46,185 bases of DNA, from IMG/VR virus record IMGVR_UViG_3300012844_000024, positions 1 to 46,185 of that record. One strand, written 5' to 3'. Within the stretch, counting starts at the first letter, position 1; each line of letters opens with the position of its first letter. This DNA is from a virus. Its lineage: Duplodnaviria; Caudoviricetes. The notes under the pieces were generated by a model. It ran no database searches. It was not told where the DNA came from and was given only the letters and a program-made list of their open reading frames with translations. A program made the translations under genes and the position numbers. Positions 42,604 to 46,185 of this stretch are shown piece by piece.

Positions 42604-44886
42604 ATGGCCACCGGCGCAGAATCTCTGCAGCTGTTCAACCAGCTTGTTGCATCGGCAAATTCGCTGTTCCTGTCCGACGAAGACTTCGTCACCATCAATG
42701 GCATCACCAAGCCGACGCTGAAGAAAATCTATGCAGAGTTTCTGGCCAGTGTTGGAGTCTATGCGACCGTAGCGGAAGGCCTGGCTAACACCAGCGGCAC
42801 CGGAACCAACAATCGGTTCTTCAGTGTTCCGGCAACAGGCGACAAGGCGGAAACTCGGTACCGCAACGATGCAGGGGTAGCGGTTGAAATTAACTCTATC
42901 CTGTCGTTCCTGGCGGATGCACTGACCGTAAACCGCGGGAAAGCCTTCCCACTGAAGCCGATGACGCGGGCGGGCGGCGTCTCGTCAGCGAACGATGTTT
43001 TGAATCGCTTGGTACTGAGTGTTCGCGTTGTCGGTGACGCGCAGTACATTCAGGGTAAATACTTCCGTGTCGCCTACTTCCAGAACGGCGCAACGATTGG
43101 AGGAAATACCGGAAACGGCATCATTCTGGAGGAGTTCGATGCCGCGACCTACGCCGCTACTGGAACCGCAGTAACGATCCACAACTACACCGATGGGGAC
43201 CCTGGCATCAACCGAACGGGAGGGGTTCAAACCTTCTCTGTCGTACCATCCCAAAGGCCCAAGCTGCGCTTCATCATCACCATCGACGCCGCTGCATTGC
43301 CAGCATCCGGCACCCCAGTAAACGCGCTGACCTCGCCTTTCGGCGGATTCTCCTGGATCATCGAACAGTCCGGCTATCTCGCGATTCAGGGTATGGGAGA
43401 CTCGATAGCGATCAACCGTTATCGCGTATACCCGCTCAAGACCAGTGCTCGGAATGGGGCAACCAGTGCCGATCCTACAGCTTTCATGGCCACACTCCTC
43501 GATGTCCAGGTGAGCGGGGCGAGGGCGGGGAAGTTGTATCGGGTCGCGTACTTCAAGAACGGGACAACCGCACTACCTGGCCCTGCTGACGGGTGGATCA
43601 TTGAAGAGTATGACGCGCTCAACTACGAGACCGCTGCAAACCCTTCGCTTACAGTCGTCAACTACACGGACCCAGCACCGACCATAGCGCGTTCCGGCGT
43701 GCAGACCATTGTGCTTTCCAGTCCAGTAGTAGCGGGCTTGTCGTTCCGAATCACCCTCGACACTGCATTGCTTCCTGCCTATGGCACGCAGATCGCGAGC
43801 AATCTGTCATTCCAGGCAGGCTACAGCTTCATCATCGACCCGCAGCGCTACATCGTAGCGACAGCTGCATCGACTTCGACGCTGCCAGTTCAATGGTCTC
43901 TAGATAATTCGGGAAACCTGATCGTGTCATGGGCAAGCAAGGACAGTTGCTACCGTGTGCGGTTTGGCCTTCTTGGCGTAAATCAGATGCCGAACATCCT
44001 GGCTACCAGCTGGGCACCAGGCGCTGACCTTACCAATGCGGTTTGGACTGTTCTCAATACGACTGGCAGCGACTACCTGCCACCAATGCAGGTGGCCGCG
44101 CAGGCGAACGGGGACGGCGGAACGCTGGCTTTCACTGGTGGCGCACACGGATCGAACGGGGATGCCACCGGCAATCCTACGGCCCGCAGCACTCTCTATC
44201 AGGCATATGCCGATGGTCAGCCGATCCTGCCAGGGACTTCGGGGCGTGCGGCCTGCGTCAACATTCAGCTCGTTGAGGAGCTGATGGGTTACAACACCAA
44301 AACGACTGGGAGATACATAGTTCGCCGCGCGTACTCCATTGATGTGACCCCGGCAGGGGTGGTGCCTACAGCATCGGTGACTGCACTGGAGCCAATTTCA
44401 GTCCTTACCGATTACGGCCTGCAAGGAATCACCTTCGGTTACCAAGGGACGCAACTGGTACTGGGAGGCCAGAATAATGCCCGCGTGCCGTTTGTGAATG
44501 GCGCCCAGTCGCAGTCTGGTGCGAAGTCTGCCTATCCCAATGCCTGGGCCGTGGTTTTCCAAGAGCCCACCCACGGCCAGATGACGCTATGGATGGACAA
44601 AAGCTATGCGGACGGGGACGGCAAGTACGTTGACCCGGCTGGCGTACTGGTGCGCGGCGAAGCCACCACCAAGTGGTACTTGGGCGTTGTCCTTCCAGCA
44701 ATTAGCGGAACTCAAACCCCGCACGACTTTGCGGCAGGAGCGGGCTACAAATACCGCGCAGGGCTGTCCTGGCAGTCGAACGGCATGCAGCCGACTGGCT
44801 ATGACTCCCTGATCGCCATGAAGATTAAAGGTGAAAACACCTTTGCATACGGTTTGCCGGACGGATCATTCGTTCGAGTCAGCTGA
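42604..44886 (+). CDS. Tail spike / receptor-binding protein
   Basis: N-terminal anchor YATVAEGLA..FFSV..YRNDAGVAV; beta-rich remainder with an internal duplication. Confidence 0.8.
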   Translation: MATGAESLQLFNQLVASANSLFLSDEDFVTINGITKPTLKKIYAEFLASVGVYATVAEGLANTSGTGTNNRFFSVPATGDKAETRYRNDAGVAVEINSILSFLADALTVNRGKAFPLKPMTRAGGVSSANDVLNRLVLSVRVVGDAQYIQGKYFRVAYFQNGATIGGNTGNGIILEEFDAATYAATGTAVTIHNYTDGDPGINRTGGVQTFSVVPSQRPKLRFIITIDAAALPASGTPVNALTSPFGGFSWIIEQSGYLAIQGMGDSIAINRYRVYPLKTSARNGATSADPTAFMATLLDVQVSGARAGKLYRVAYFKNGTTALPGPADGWIIEEYDALNYETAANPSLTVVNYTDPAPTIARSGVQTIVLSSPVVAGLSFRITLDTALLPAYGTQIASNLSFQAGYSFIIDPQRYIVATAASTSTLPVQWSLDNSGNLIVSWASKDSCYRVRFGLLGVNQMPNILATSWAPGADLTNAVWTVLNTTGSDYLPPMQVAAQANGDGGTLAFTGGAHGSNGDATGNPTARSTLYQAYADGQPILPGTSGRAACVNIQLVEELMGYNTKTTGRYIVRRAYSIDVTPAGVVPTASVTALEPISVLTDYGLQGITFGYQGTQLVLGGQNNARVPFVNGAQSQSGAKSAYPNAWAVVFQEPTHGQMTLWMDKSYADGDGKYVDPAGVLVRGEATTKWYLGVVLPAISGTQTPHDFAAGAGYKYRAGLSWQSNGMQPTGYDSLIAMKIKGENTFAYGLPDGSFVRVS

Positions 44887-44893
44887 ACACGAT

Positions 44894-44916
44894 GCCCGCC
44901 AAGTGCGGGTTTTTTT
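44894..44916 (+). terminator. Intrinsic terminator
   Basis: GCCCGC/GCGGGT plus T-tract. Confidence 0.78.
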
Positions 44917-44931
44917 GTGCCTGGAGAAAAC

Positions 44932-45420
44932 ATGGCCAGACTCACCGAAACCCAGGCCGGAGACGCGAACGTGCTCCGGTTTCTGGACCTGATCGCTTTC
45001 TCTGAGGGTACCTCTACCGTCAGGGGTAGCGACGACGGCTACAACGTGCTGTATGGCGGCGGCCTGTTCACTGGCTATGCCGACCATCCGCGCAAAAAGC
45101 TGACGCTCCCAATCAACGGCAAACCGGTGACCAGCACCGCTGCCGGCCGGTACCAGCTGCTTGAGCGTTACTGGGATGCCTACCGTGCAAGCCTGCGCCT
45201 GGCTGGAGGCTTCACGCCGGAGAATCAGGACCGCATTGCGCTGCAGCAGATTCGCGAGCGCCGTGCGCTGGACGACATCAAGGCCGGCCGCATTCAGCAG
45301 GCGATCGCCAAGTGCTCGAACATCTGGGCAAGTTTCCCGGGCAACACCTACGGGCAGAACCCGCACCGCCTGGACAAGCTGCTCGGGCGCTGGGTGGAGC
45401 TCGGCGGGGCGCTGGCATGA
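44932..45420 (+). CDS. Endolysin, lambda R-like lysozyme/transglycosylase
   Basis: FLDLIAFSEGT..DHP..STAAGRYQ..F.PENQD..IWASFPG..YGQ. Confidence 0.93.
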   Translation: MARLTETQAGDANVLRFLDLIAFSEGTSTVRGSDDGYNVLYGGGLFTGYADHPRKKLTLPINGKPVTSTAAGRYQLLERYWDAYRASLRLAGGFTPENQDRIALQQIRERRALDDIKAGRIQQAIAKCSNIWASFPGNTYGQNPHRLDKLLGRWVELGGALA

Positions 45421-45947
45421 CCTGGCTCGGCGCGGTACCGGCTTGGTGCTGGTGGTTGATCGCGCTGGTACTGGTGGGTGGAGGCCAGGAAGTTCGCGTG
45501 GGAGCGGGAAAGTCTGAGACGGCTGCCGCCCGAGGCGAAACCGCATCTGCGCGTAGCGAGCTCGCCGACTACCGCCTTGAGGTATCCGAGCGCGACCGGC
45601 GCGCCGCCGCCCAGGCCAGAACTGAAGAACAGCGCCGCCAGGCTTTGGCGGACGAGGAGGGAGAGCGTGCACGACAACAACTGGAACTGGCCCAAGGTCG
45701 CGCCACTGCTGCTGAGTCTGCTGCTGGTGGGCTGTACGACGAGATCAAGCGACTGCGGGATGGCCAGCGAGCCACCTGCGACACCATCGCTGCCCAGCAG
45801 CGCCAGGCAGGAACCTCTGCCGTCGTGGTGCTCGGGGGATTGCTTGAAGACGCTGACCGAATGGCGGGCAGCTGCGCAGCAGCGCTTGAGCGAAGTCGAA
45901 TAGCTGGGTTGGCGTGCGAGTCGATCTATAATGGCCTGACCAAGTGA
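45417..45947 (+). CDS. Rz: Inner-membrane spanin (Rz, DUF2514-like)
   Basis: N-terminal TM, coiled coil, AGLACE.IY. Confidence 0.85.
   Translation: MTWLGAVPAWCWWLIALVLVGGGQEVRVGAGKSETAAARGETASARSELADYRLEVSERDRRAAAQARTEEQRRQALADEEGERARQQLELAQGRATAAESAAGGLYDEIKRLRDGQRATCDTIAAQQRQAGTSAVVVLGGLLEDADRMAGSCAAALERSRIAGLACESIYNGLTK
45667..45903 (+). CDS. Rz1: Outer-membrane spanin lipoprotein nested in Rz
   Basis: +1 frame; GTG start after GAGGAGG; LLLSLLLVGC lipobox; Pro-rich. Confidence 0.75.
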   Translation: MHDNNWNWPKVAPLLLSLLLVGCTTRSSDCGMASEPPATPSLPSSARQEPLPSWCSGDCLKTLTEWRAAAQQRLSEVE

Positions 45948-45960
45948 GCAGGGCATCGAA

Positions 45961-46185
45961 GTGGACAAGCGCACCTTCATAGGGATGGTCGAGGCCGGCG
46001 AGCCGCTGATTCAGCAGGCCATCGATGCCATGCGCCTTTACCACGAGGCCCAGGACTATGGGGCGCCGGCGGAAGAGATCGAGCGCCTGCGCCTGCTCGC
46101 CGAGTCGCTGTTCCAGGCGGTATCCGACTACCAACTTCGCGCTGTGGCCAAGGCTCGGGGCAAGGAATTGCCGCCGCTGCACTAG
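45961..46185 (+). CDS. Hypothetical 74-aa protein
   Basis: Complete ORF at the window end. Confidence 0.65.
   Translation: MDKRTFIGMVEAGEPLIQQAIDAMRLYHEAQDYGAPAEEIERLRLLAESLFQAVSDYQLRAVAKARGKELPPLH

Larger units (their letters stand above)
1..46185. mobile_element. Temperate lambdoid siphophage / prophage, apparently intact
   Basis: Continuous int-xis, early, immunity, replication, lysis, head and tail modules; no host genes in the window. Confidence 0.96.

Overview
The window is an apparently complete temperate lambdoid siphophage (prophage) of about 46 kb. The host is most likely Pseudomonas, inferred from high GC and gene content. It is trimmed from the integrase stop codon to the last gene, so no att sites are visible. 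Gene order: int/xis; a long leftward early operon (two orphan DNA methyltransferases, SSB, Sak4-like AAA ATPase, HNH nuclease, many small ORFs and highly structured intergenic RNA); an immunity region (oL/oR 15-bp operators, CI, Cro) with two accessory genes in the lambda rex position; four small ribbon-helix-helix-like genes where cII would be; antirepressor; O/P replication with iterons; ninB/ninG; Q-like antiterminator and late promoter; holins; terminase, portal, head and non-contractile tail genes (including a predicted -1 frameshift chaperone and an Imm-type moron); tail spike; endolysin; Rz/Rz1. The most unusual features are the boxA-plus-multibranch RNA leader of pL with no evident N gene, the array of small regulators with a shared CCCT-N4-AGGG palindrome, and the uncharacterised 333-aa rex-position gene. 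All family assignments come from reading motifs by eye; no database search was run.
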